This document shows positions 42,501 to 53,200 of a stretch of 64,000 bases of DNA, one piece after another. The number at the start of each line of letters is the position of its first letter. Position 1 is the stretch's first letter. Origin of the DNA: Phoronis australis (taxonomy: Eukaryota; Animalia; Phoronida). Under the pieces are notes generated by a model. It did not search any database. It was given only the letters and a program-made list of their open reading frames with translations, and was not told the origin of the DNA. The DNA lies in contig NMRA01000218.1 of NCBI GenBank assembly GCA_002633005.1, positions 533,909 through 597,908 on the forward strand, in the 5' to 3' direction. The position numbers and the translations under genes are program-made.

Positions 42501-45500
42501 CCTTAACCAGATTATTTTTCCGTTTCTGAAACTAGAGGATTTTTACTGTGTTTTCTTTATATGTGAATCTTGAACCGTCGTGTAAACATAAATCATTTGC
42601 ATTTTAAGTCGGTCTGCACGCCACCTGTTGGCCACATCGCGTGACCTAATGAACATAATTCCAAAAAGATTTCTGCCCCCGACCGGGACTCGAACCCAGG
42701 ACCTTTGGCTAATCGGGCAGATACTGTGTGGCCAACAGGTGGCGTGTGGACCAGATTTAAAATGTTTGTAGAATAATTTCTTCCCATTTCGCTTTTCCTT
42801 GTCATTTTTGTGATTCATGCTTGATGCGAAAGCTGGGCAAATAGTAATCACATGTGATTTTATCCGTCGTTATTAGTCTAGCATTCCTCCAGGCTATCAG
42901 CATTGTGTAACAATTGCGATGTAACAGACTGTTGTCCAACTTTTAATTTGTTCGTATGTCAACGAATGTTGTGCTTTCATCAGACATTTTATAAATTCAA
43001 TGTTATTTTCATCACTGCTGCCATTTTTAATTTTTTAATCTGAGGCATTTCCAAATGCCCGTCTCTGATCACGATTTTTTTTTCAACAATTTTGAAGTCA
43101 CAAATACGCCTTTGCAAGGTGACATTTTTGTGAAAATTATGATTTTTTAGTCACTTGCACCTTATATTGCCCATGTTTGAGAACAACATTTTCAAAAAAT
43201 GATCGTTTGTTTTATGATATGAAACAGTCTCGAGTTTGTAATGGATTTGCTCTACAAGACATTTATCTTTGTCATTTTATCCAGTGATTTCTTGTTACGT
43301 GCTAGCAACAGCAGGATTTCAGCAGAAAACTTCTCAAGTGGCTTCATTGCTTTGTAAAATCTGCTTAATCTTTAAACGCATGCATAACACATTCAGTACA
43401 TGCTACAATCTAAGTCTCATGAAGTACGCAGTAATTTTTCTGTTCTGGTGTCTACTTTGTACCATCTCTTTGACGTTAGTCACTCAAGGGGTCCAGGATT
43501 TTGAGAACAAGTTTGATGCCCATTCTTCAGTGGAGGGAACTGGTTCTCAGAATGCGGCGACCCCTGTAAGTGAGCACTGCATTCTCTCTGTATGTGTACT
43601 GTTTACCGCGTCATTTTGGATTTATTTTTTGTCAGCACCTTGTTTCTGAGCTTAGGTATCAAACCTGTGACATTTCCCATTTTCATTAAATGATTTTCAA
43701 ATCGGCATTCCTACTCTAGTTGCATGTACTGTAGGTCTTCACTTATTTTGCACAAACTAATTTCCAAATTTGTCATTTTCCATGTTTCAAAGGCCAATTA
43801 CAAATAGTCGAAAATTTACCAAATGTTTTATGACATCCACACAATATAAACTATGCTAGTTATAGGCTAAACTTTTTTCTTAATCTTTTTTTTTGACAAA
43901 ATACAAGTTTTCAGTCATACTGTGTACAAAATAAGTGAAGGATTTACCATACCTTGTAGTTTTCCAAAAGTTGTTAAATTTTGTCAAACTTTGCCTTTTG
44001 CCAAAGTCATGCCAAATTCCAGTCCAGACGATAAACTCTGGGTCATTTGAATTTTAGCTAAGTATTTTTTACTTCGAATTTTGTCCATATCTGATGAGAA
44101 GAGATTTCATCAGTTTCATTTTTGAAAACTACTATAACTGCATTCTCCTGGTGTGGGTTATTTCCTAAAATGCTAACCGTTCATTTCAGCCTCACTAACC
44201 GACCCGACTAATACGGATATAGCCACCAGTCTCAAGTACTATGACCCGACATTTCCTGCTGCTATTAGCGAGTCTAGTTCTGTCTCCTCATTGGCTGATA
44301 ACTACGATGATCTCACTCTGATTGGAGATGAGCAAAATGGTGAGCTTGTTGTCATCGGTGGTCACTACAACCGGTAGAAATATTGCTAGGCTTAGCAAGG
44401 AATGTGAATATGTCAGGGCTTGGAATATTCCTCTTTTCAGGAGTTTTCGTCTTTTTTGGTTTTGATTTCCTCTTATTTGATTTCCAGTTTCCTCGTTTTT
44501 CTTCTCTTTTTTATCGTCATTTTTACTTTATTTATGCAAAAACGTTTGTTTCATTTAAATTTACACAAAAATTAATTCTATCACGCAAGCCTATTTATTT
44601 GTGGAGCAATACATCACCTGGGAAATATTCCTCTTTTTGTCATTGGTTATTGTAAGCCCTGATACTCGAGATCAAGTCTGTGTTTCACTGTTTGCTAGTG
44701 TCGTAGGAGTCCTGCTTTCAGCTCATTTTGAAACTATAGTGCAAGCAGGAGAGCTGTGTTAGTATTCATTTGTATGTCCAGCAGGTAGCTGTGTGTCTCA
44801 TAGTGAGGTATTGCATGTATTTATGACATGTCAATACTACTTGATGCCATGACACTCTGGCAAGGACTTACCACGTAATAATTAGTAGAACAAGTGTAAA
44901 TTTATGAGTCATTATTCGCTTTCACTTGATTTAATTGATATTTATGATATACATTTTTGCCGGTAATCATGAGTCGAGCAAATTTGTTTGCATCACTTCT
45001 GGGTTTATGCCATGTGAACGCACCTTTTGTCCCTGGAGCAACTTAGCGTCTGGCAGGGGTTTTTGCCCTGCAAATAGTCTCACGTCCATCAGTCATGTGC
45101 TCTCCATTACCAGGCACTGCTCGATCTCACCACACTGGTTCACCACGATCACCCAGGGCTGGGACTGGATTCAGGAGTGTCAGTCCACCAGTAACTGTCA
45201 CACAGCATAACAAGGGAGAGATGGGTTCTGGGTAAGTCTGCTTTCCACACGCGGTTAGGCCTGCCGCACACTAGTAAATGTCACGCAGCATATCTAGGGA
45301 GAGATGGGTTCTGGGTAAGTCTGCTTTCCATATCCGGTTAGGCCTGCCGCACACTAGAGTTACGTGTGCTTATTGAACCACCCCGTACCAAACAATGGTG
45401 CTGGATACTGGAGCGTCAGTCCGTCGATAATTGTAACACAGCATAACGGAATTTATGGGTTCTGGGCAACCTTAGAAAATGCCTGTGAATTTCATAGTTG

Positions 45501-47379
45501 GATGCACTTGGTCATGCCTTGTAATCTTGTCCTTGCTCTTGCCTGTATGGTTTATAGAACGTTATCTATGTATCCTAGGCGTGAAATGCTGTCGACAGCA
45601 GGCAAGCGCCCATTTGCTCCACGCTCGCCAGCTGACGTGAACCTTGGTGACGTCGTCAAGTTCACAAACAAAAATGGAAAAATAAGCCGAGGCACCGTGA
45701 AATATGTGGGTCACCTACCGAACAGGAACGAGTGCTACCTAGGAGTGGAACTGGAATATTCAGGTGAGCATTTCATATTTTTTATTTTTTATACATTACG
45801 TTTCATATTAGTTTTCTGATTAACTGTAACACTTGAATAACTTAGTGATTGCTAAAAATTTCCAACTTCAAAGTAAAATATAGTTAGATTGAAGTGTTTT
45901 ATTGCCGTGCATTCAAGCCCCATTTGGACTATAACTGTTACAAGAGGTTTTTATCTTGTCTTTTTAATGGCTCGATTTTTTGTTAAGGATGACAACATCA
46001 AATCGAGACATTTGACACTGTCTCGCTAATGTGTGAAACAGGATGGATGTCCCAAGGTGTAGTAGTGGTATTACATTTACAGGGATCAATATAACTTTAG
46101 TATTAAGCAGCCTGTTCAGTTCTTTATTCAAATGTAATGTCCCTAAGGAGTAGAACATTGAACAAAATGTTGCAAGATTTTCCAAACGTTGACAAGATTG
46201 AGGAGATAACTCCACTCCCTACTGTCAACAATAATAACACAAGGACAGCTTGTCATTTATGATGTAAAGACAATGTAAGGTGATACTCTGAAATGTCAGT
46301 GTTGAAAAATCTTGTGATTTTTTGTTCAACTCTCATACTACTGCGGATATCCAAGAGACTGGAATGTTGGTTTTGATTTTTCATAATTATTAATTGCAGA
46401 CGGAAAACATGACGGTGTGTACATGGGGCAAAGGTATTTCAAGTGGTGAGTTAAATGACGTATTCTCGTAGATAAGTTTTTTTGATTTAGTCCACTTAAT
46501 ATTATGAAAGTGGTCTCAAAATGTTTTTATTCAAATAAGAAGCCTTCTGTTGCCGTGGGCCCAGGCTATACAAGTTAGATTGCCCGAACATGGTTTCAAG
46601 CAAACTGTCAATATTTCCAAGTCCAGTAACCACCTCTCATATCATTTAAGAACACTAGGCAAGACCAGTGGTAAGTGGTCTAAACTGAAAGTTAGTTTTT
46701 TTGACGGAACGCTGTTTTACATCCTTGTTAAGTGTTATGGTAAGGCACAAGACTCAAGAACTTCGCGTTGACGTGTAGAAATTGTTTTTATCCTCAACAG
46801 ATTTTTGGAGCCCTGATATTGGTGAAATTTCGAGCAAAGTCCCAATGAGAGCATTGATTTCTAAAATACAATCTTCAACATTGTGGGTGCACAAAATGAC
46901 CTAAATTCTAATTCTTTTGAGCAAGTCGGGGCAATTTCGTTCTTGAACAAACACTTTGAGACATTAGATGTTTATGTGCGAATCATTAAAAAATCCCACG
47001 ACACAGCAGTGGCAATTTGACAGCATGATGGTCACAATAAATTTATGAAAAATGCTGGGAAATACACCACTGAATTACAACCATACACCTCTGTCCACCG
47101 AGTAACGCATCGCCATCTTGTGGCAGGGAACATTTCATCATGTTGCCTCTAAATCGAAAAATGGTTATCGAATTTGTGAAGTGAAGCAAGAGCCGTGAGC
47201 TCTTCACTCGCACATTTCTCAGACTTAAACGTTAAATCCAAGCTGGACGATTAACATGACTTTGTATATCTGGACAGCAAATGTTGTTGGTAAATGCATT
47301 TCAATTGTTCTTTTACAGTAAACCCAACAAAGGCGTGTTTGTAGCGTTCAACAAAATCGTCATGGTTTGGGGTCGATGA
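9476..47379 (+). CDS. uncharacterised ~1,360-aa protein: Ser/Arg repeat region, coiled coil, C-terminal CAP-Gly domain
   Basis: Exons: 9476-9529 (tentative), 13523-13727, 32547-34537, 36369-36515, 38262-38436, 38781-38956, 39621-39852, 40326-40559, 40865(or 40835)-41035, 41928-42065, 44190-44339, 45114-45231, 45579(or 45558)-45763, 46400-46445, 47319-47379 (TGA). All are GT-AG and phase-compatible, totalling 4083 nt in one open frame. The last three exons give GDVVKF...RGTVKYVGHL...YLGVELEYSDGKHDGVYMGQRYFKCKPNKGVFV, a CAP-Gly signature. Confidence 0.8.
9549..9987 (+). mobile_element. TA-TSD (Tc1/mariner/pogo-like) MITE, copy 1, 439 bp
   Basis: TIRs CCGGGAATTTCCGTAGATAAGCCCA / TGGGCTTATCTACGGAAAACCCCGG, TA on both sides. 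Confidence 0.85.
11080..11456. mobile_element. diverged, right-truncated copy of the 4478-4890 Harbinger-like MITE
   Basis: Collinear similarity with 4577-4868 (tatgcca.tttttggcttt.atacaaatc...agggatcttttcatgca...aagctcataataaa-like...gagtccct.tttgg). Confidence 0.7.
12244..12757 (-). mobile_element. TA-TSD MITE, copy 2 (inverted relative to copy 1), with ~75-bp internal tandem duplication
   Basis: Reverse-complement match to 9549-9987 along its length, TA flanks, and a duplicated block at about 12478-12632. Confidence 0.85.
13523..13727 (+). CDS. coding exon of CAP-Gly gene (PFPVPLHWNKALEVYES...YRELSPS)
   Basis: Acceptor ttgtttttcag, 68 open codons, donor G|gtaaga in phase 1 matching exon 32547. 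This frame is not in the ORF track. Confidence 0.7.
15233..15277 (-). ncRNA. degenerate minimal type I hammerhead ribozyme motif (Penelope-like element relic)
   Basis: Minus strand reads tc-CTGATGA-t-gtgt-gatgatg-agac-GAAA-cg-TC-gag. Core boxes are intact, but stem II has a mismatch and stem I is weak. Confidence 0.45.
15397..15945. mobile_element. hAT-like non-autonomous element with duplicated right end
   Basis: Termini caagggttggaat / attccaagccctg. The right end is tandemly repeated (about 15857-15899 and 15904-15945). Only a partial TSD (tcttta) is visible. Confidence 0.55.
22600..23037. mobile_element. old MITE with terminal inverted repeats and an internal (TG)n
   Basis: cacacagccttacactagaacaag (about 22610) versus the reverse complement of ttgttctagagggtaagtctgtgtg (about 23006-23030). 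(TG)n/(TGCG)n at 22921-22966. Confidence 0.55.
25386..25617 (+). mobile_element. hAT-like MITE family copy (~240 bp)
   Basis: Collinear with 44414-44661. Ends in cattggtcattccaagcc like the 15397-15945 element. Confidence 0.65.
27913..27943 (+). CDS. candidate alternative first coding exon of CAP-Gly gene (MFAFGLCCGK-G)
   Basis: ATG after an in-frame TAG (27871), strong donor AAG|gtgagc in phase 1 that joins exon 32547 in frame. CpG-rich leader and CCAAT at about 27814. Confidence 0.5.
31219..31360 (+). mobile_element. left-end fragment of a pogo-like MITE
   Basis: ta|CCGTAAACGTTCGGGTTAAC terminus, followed by repeated gggtgg.cggt.aac...acatgg.cgctta subterminal motifs. No right TIR found. 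Confidence 0.35.
32547..34537 (+). CDS. 1,991-nt low-complexity Ser/Arg/Gly exon of CAP-Gly gene
   Basis: Lies within ORF 32528..34597. Acceptor atatttcag, donor GAG|gtaaat. Confidence 0.9.
33206..33835 (+). repeat. coding tandem repeat, 14 x 45 nt (D[ED]R[VI]SNQGSRAPS[VI][HR]) with 90-nt higher-order alternation
   Basis: Units counted in the translation. SV-type and SI-type units alternate through unit 13, and many differences are synonymous. Confidence 0.95.
36581..36661. mobile_element. ~80-bp hairpin MITE family (GAGAACCAGTTT...AAACTGGTTCTC), copy
   Basis: Shares core with 2877-2945, 37576-37663, 43485-43566 and 63256-63315. Confidence 0.65.
37576..37663. mobile_element. ~80-bp hairpin MITE family, copy with TA flanks
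   Basis: ta|caaggg...ttgagaaccagttt...aaactggttctcaaaatcc...cctg|ta. Confidence 0.7.
42600..42764. mobile_element. inverted-repeat element enclosing a tRNA-like 3' half (B box) on the minus strand
   Basis: Arms 42600-42636 and 42727-42764 are near-perfect inverted repeats. 42674-42721 reads on minus ...ggtcctgGGTTCGAGTCCcggtcgggggca, followed by a T5 run. Confidence 0.7.
43485..43566. mobile_element. ~80-bp hairpin MITE family, copy
   Basis: caaggggtc...gattttgagaac...aactggttctca...gacccctg|ta. Confidence 0.7.
44414..44661 (+). mobile_element. hAT-like MITE family copy (248 bp)
   Basis: Termini CAGGGCTTGGAAT / ATTGTAAGCCCTG, and similarity to 25386-25617. Confidence 0.7.
45213..45357 (+). 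repeat. 62-bp direct duplication spanning an exon-intron junction
   Basis: 45213-45274 and 45296-45357 are near-identical, each containing GGTTCTGG|gtaagtctg. Confidence 0.9.
45579..47379 (+). CDS. CAP-Gly domain exons (45579-45763, 46400-46445, 47319-47379)
   Basis: G-x-V-K-Y-V-G, LGVEL, GKHDG, RYFKC and GVFV motifs joined across phase 1 and phase 2 introns. Confidence 0.92.
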
Positions 47380-50277
47380 GGCACAATCTGGTAACCATTC
47401 AGGATGTCATCGTTTGCCGTCTCGGTTCACTGAGATCAACTCTCAACCAGCCACAGCATCCGCGTGGCTGTCCCGATTTAGAATAGGCTCAGATTATCAT
47501 GACCACTATCTTGACTTCCGCAGTGGGAAGTGAAAGTACAGTGTATAAAACCACGTGTGAACATATCATGAAAGGTTATGCTTGTAGAGGTCACTTAACT
47601 ACTGAAACCACAGTTGGCTTCTACAGTCGCTTACGCTATTTTAATTTTACTTGCGAGAAACAGCACTCTTTAAAATGTTATTTTGTAAATGTACAGTGTT
47701 GCTAGCTGTAGTTGAATCAGTGCTTTTCTAAGAAAATCAAACACCAAATAGGTAACCTGGCCTTCACTTATCTGCAGTCTCACTTTTGCCGTAGATTCAA
47801 ATGATGCCTGTGAGAAAAATAATAGAACTGAGTTGATAACAGCCATTCCATGTATATATGCCACGGTTTGTGATTTGATCTCGATTTGTGTATTTTTATT
47901 TATTTGCGTGTCCATGTTTATTCCGTCGAACCACAATGCACCTTACTTTGACAGCGGCACAACATTCAATCTTCCAGTTTTTACATTTTTACGTGATATA
48001 CATAAGGCTACCATGGTTACAACCAATTATCAGTTTACATAGATTTCAAAGTTCCCTTGCTGTACGTTGTAAATAGGTTCCGCTGCATTTGTTTAGAATT
48101 GGGATAGTTGCTATGCCAGCAATTGTTAGACCTCATTTTTTGTAAGTTTTTGAACCTCAGTCCTCAAATAATGGCAGCTTGTAAAGTCATATAGAGTTCT
48201 GTTTAAGAAATATCACTGTTACCTTGGGACATTCTGTTTCCCAGTGGTGAAGGTCAAACGTTTTGGTGTAATTTTACGACTCACAAAAAATAGTTGTGAA
48301 ATAAAGATAAATTGAAACCTAATTTTTCTGTGTCGATACTGTGGCCAGCATGGAGCTCACAGGTGTTATTTTTTGGCTTTATCAATTGGCCAATTTTATA
48401 CCCCCTAAAGTAGTGCTCTATATAACTTTAAGTGAAAAAGAAGTACATGTTTTTGTTGTTGTTTTTTGTTTTGATACGACTGAACGCATCATCAATATTC
48501 TGAATTCATTTTACAAAGAGCTCTGTCCAGTTAAAGTGTGCTTTTGTTGTCTCGTCGCTCTGTTCAGTGTAGACAAGTTATTGCATTTTATTTTGTGTGA
48601 AGCCTTAGCATCCAGACAATCGTGTTAACATTGTGTGAGTTAACAATTAAAACTGTCGAGTTGGTACGAAATAAAGCGTAATCTGAGAAGTGATCGTGTT
48701 TGCTATTACCGCTTCAAATATTACCACCCTCACTTGGACAGTCCATTAATATTACGGAGTTCTCTGAATACCCACATACCCACTTACAAGACCGGGTACA
48801 CAAAATTTCTCCCGTTAAAAACGACAGGATTCCATGTAAAATAGTGCATTTCATGACATAAATTGAAAATTTACACTCAGTCAAATGCTGAAACCTCACT
48901 ACATGATAAAATTTGCCTTAACATTAAATAATAGTAACAGGTGTGTCTGAAACTAGTAACAGTAAAACAGCGTGTCCATTTTATGCTGCGTTTAGTAAAA
49001 ACAGACATCCTGGTTATCCTAGAAATGCATTTTTCTAGGTACCCCTGGCAACTATTTTCTATCCACGGAAGAACAGTGACGTAAATCGGCCGACAGCAAG
49101 CATGCATCAAGGTTCTGCACAACTGGTTCCACCTCCCTTAAATTCAACCCTTAAACTGAGCAGATGACTGAAAAATAATTAAAACATTAAATCTCAATGA
49201 AATGTCGTCAATACACCTACTTAAAAAAACAGCAAGAAACGAAGCAATAACAGAAACCTTCCAATTCTAAACAACCAAAAAAAAACGAAATGCAAGTAAA
49301 AACTGGCCACGGGATCAATATGCAAATTTACATGAAGTAATTAATTTTAAAAATTAATCACAAATGAGAATGTTCTGTCTCTGATCAAATTGAATATACA
49401 TCATAAAACTATGGAAATGCTTTCAAAAAGCCAATGCCCTATCTCAAGTCACAAAATAATGAAAGTCTTGACAAGAGTCAATGTTCTATTGGAGATGATC
49501 CAGACAATATTTTGCTGAATTTAGTAAATATGCAAATTATACCACAGCCAAGCATAAATCTAATCAAAACATCACTATGTCTCTATAGCAACCAAAAGGA
49601 ATGGCAATGTGTTTTTTAATTTAGTTGTCAGTGATTAAAGTATGCACAGAACTGGAAGTAACGGATAATGACAGACCTATGTAGTCAAAACAACAACTTG
49701 AAGTCAAAACAACATCTTTCCAATCACACAATTTAATGACCAACCTTACCACCCGCACACAATAATGTAACTGATCGTAAGGGCAAAATGGCCAACTATC
49801 ATCACAGTTTTTCAACAATTCCACTCACGACCATCATCAGGAGCACGACAATTGTAACAGTTACGGTTCAATCTCTAGTGAGCATTGCTGTGGCGGGTTA
49901 CTGGCCAGCTTAACAAAGTTAGACAAAATATCAACAAAGTGTTTATGTATAATAGAATAACCATTGAAATCAATAAGTGTTTAACAAGTTAAACCTTGCT
50001 TAAATTAGGAATCTGCTTTTTTGTGACATATGTTGCCAAATCAAATCAAAACTTTCGACACTCATTACTGTGTGACACTGGATGTCCCCACGCCATAGTC
50101 CTATTTTGAAGTAAGCAGTGCTCAATACAGCATTAAAATGTAAAAAATCATCACTTTACACAATGCATATGCTTAACAGCATTTCATCACAATTTTCAAC
50201 AACAAACACTCGTCTAAAGGCCATGCCCCTCCGTCGCCATAGGTTGACATCACCACTAACTGTTCCCATCGCCACCA

Positions 50278-53200
50278 TCACACCTCTGTGTCCTGACCCT
50301 CTTTCTTCAGACCCTGTCGGTGACTGCAAATACAACATAACATATTCAAGACTTACCACCACTTCAAAGTAAAACACCACAGTCGTGTTTTTTTGTTCAT
50401 AATTCCCACCGATGTTGCGTGTTTAATTATGGTAAAATCTCATCAATTTTAGACAAAAATAATTACAAAAATACCCTTTTTCAGTTTCAAAAGCTTCAAG
50501 CACTGCCATGAAAGCCCCCTGGCAATTTTTCAAAACTTTAATTCAATGCTTTTGCGGTACAAAACTTGAACATGGATAAGCATTTTAAATGGTTTTCTAT
50601 GTTCAGGTTTTGGTGGTATATATGTTGGACTAAAAATGAAATAAAGGTTCACTCGGCTATATTGTGACCAAAATTAGTGAGATTTTACCGTACCAGGATA
50701 TAATTTTCAAACTTGTTGCTAACAGCAACTCGTGGCAATACGACTTGCAAAAGTAGGGCATTTATTCTGCCGTGAACCAAGCTTGCTTAGTCCACATAGC
50801 TGGCCTTATTGCACTGATCACGTATTTATCCAAATATCTACAAAACCATAGATTTTACCCGAGTAAAAGTAAATATTTTGTGAATTTAAACAGCCTGTAG
50901 CACGTGATTTTTTTACCTTTTCCAACTTGCCATTACGTGGGTCGTGTGATCATGGTTTTTAGTAAACTTCAATAAAAAGGAAAGGCATCTTTACTCCAAA
51001 ATAACCAACTTTTGTTTACATAATGTTCAAAACGAAATCTCGTAAACTCTGTTACAGCTGTCTAAAGAGTGTTTTTTGTTTTCTACAGTTTTTGAGTTTC
51101 ACCATGAAAACCATAAAAATCCCTTTTGACAGCCCCTCATGCAAAGTGGAAATTTTTAAAACAATTCCTAACACTGTGTTGAAAAACAACTGAATGTATG
51201 AAGCATGATGTCTGAAAGTGTCATAAGAATCCGGCCACACCCCTGTTCCGACTTTAGTCAAACTTGTGCATTTTTCTTGGGTCCTAAACCTTAAATTCTT
51301 AAAAATGTCCACACTGAACAATAATAGGAAATGGCAAACTGAACTATTATGTGTCCCATAAAACCATACTGTGAATGAAATACTGAAAGCTCAACAAGAC
51401 CTGTGAAGGGGTTAACACTGAACCTTTGTTGACAGGGATCAATGCTCCACCAGTCTCAATCAATAGCAACTGAGGTCAAACCATAGAGCTGGCCAATCCC
51501 CAGTAAACATAGACACAACACATGGCCCAGCTTGGCAGAGCTGGGAGTGCAGCTGAACAAAAAGTAGTGTCATTACTAAGGCAGAGCGAAGCATTGGATT
51601 GACACTCTAAAGAAACACCATTTCGATTTGACAGCTATTTAACATTCTAAAAGGAATAGAATTTTGATTTGACAGCCAATATACACCCTCATCTGGCACA
51701 TGTGAAAAGGATTTAGGGATCACCTGATATTTGAATAGGTGTGCAGTCAGGAAAAGGGAACTGAGTCCTACAACATGAGATGCTCTGTGATAGATGTTCC
51801 TGGACTTGAGATTGTCGGACAGGTAATATTTATTTAGTTACTTCACTGATTACTTTGTGTAAAGATAGCCTGACCTACTGAGCAAGTTGGAGGCCATAAA
51901 TGAAGACAGGTGTGTGAATTGTTTACAGAGTATAAGTTATTAAAGTAGTTTTAAACTGTTAAAGTCATGGTTTCATGATTTAGCAACCCTCCTTCCTATT
52001 GATTGCTGTATATGCATGTACGTGTTTCAGTTAACTTAATAGTAAACAGGTTATCATATGAATGCAGGGTAGATATGTTTGTTATAAGTTATTTCTTTCC
52101 GCACAGACAGTTTATTTAATTTTAACATGCAACACACAAGCTGTGTGTGCACGACTGTGTGTACGTGGCTGAAAAACAACTACAACACAAATCACACCTT
52201 ATACTATAGTCCACAAAGTTTGGGTTAGCAATTAAATATCAATTTTAAGACATTTCACTTTAATCAACCAAGTTGCGTTGCATACACTTTAACACACATA
52301 TCGTCATTCAAATGCAATATTCATCAATTTCCATATGACGTTACATATGTACAAAAACACCTGTCAAATTTCATGACAACTGCACGCAGTTTAGGAGATA
52401 AAGAAGCAGACAACAGATGCCCGGACAGAGATCCAGCAATATGCACCCACGTACATGTTGGTGCATAAAAATAGAAGCTTGTGTAATGAATTTCCTGCCA
52501 ACTCAGATTATTGTCTTTTCTAATAGAATTTTAAGGCACTAGAAATATTTCCCCCCAGTGTAAAACTTCTACTATGTGGCGGTATATAATTTCTTACTTT
52601 TGATTATTCACGTACAATTACCAGTAACCATTTTCTCTGTAAGTTTTCACCCTAGTGAGAATTAAGCTGTAGCCACCAACATTTGTGAAAATTTAATGGT
52701 ATGTATCAGCAGAGTGCCAAATCAAGGTCGTGTTCCAAAACTGAAAACGTGTTTTATATGAGATTGCCGGCTTATTTTGGTCTGTTGGTTGAGATGTTGT
52801 GTGTTAACTTGGAAAACCGAAACAAACATGGAATTGTGACTTCACTCAAGTTACCTGAAGATTGAAACCTTGTTTTGGCCTTATAAAAATGAACAGATAT
52901 TAAAACAACGTTCCCAACCAGTTCTCTAAAACAAAATAATGGTCTGTAACCATCGATACCCTTTAAAAGTCTGGGGCGAAACTTGAAAACCTTTTTCAAA
53001 GTCATCTAAACGGACAAGCCTTAGGCCAGTGACATAGCAACTGAAGCGAAAGACCACACACTAATAACAATGACGTCCATTCTGTAACACAGAGAGTGTG
53101 AGTTCCGAAGTGAATCCTGCTTTCAGTAATTGTGCGACTCCAAGCGCAACAGGTGACAGAATGAGGATTGGTTGAAATCGTCAAAACGGGGTTTAGAGTA

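Noticed and set aside
42674-42721. tRNA gene
   Set aside because: Only the 3' half is present. The 5' acceptor strand and D arm/A box are replaced by the inverted-repeat arm.
50278-50292. class I PDZ-binding motif (-DTEV) at the MPC2 C-terminus
   Set aside because: Four-residue match on an inner-mitochondrial-membrane protein with a variable tail. Likely chance unless conserved.
52855-52925. exon-like segment (minus) in MPC2 intron 4
   Set aside because: 71 nt long, so it would frameshift the last exon, and it has no MPC similarity.
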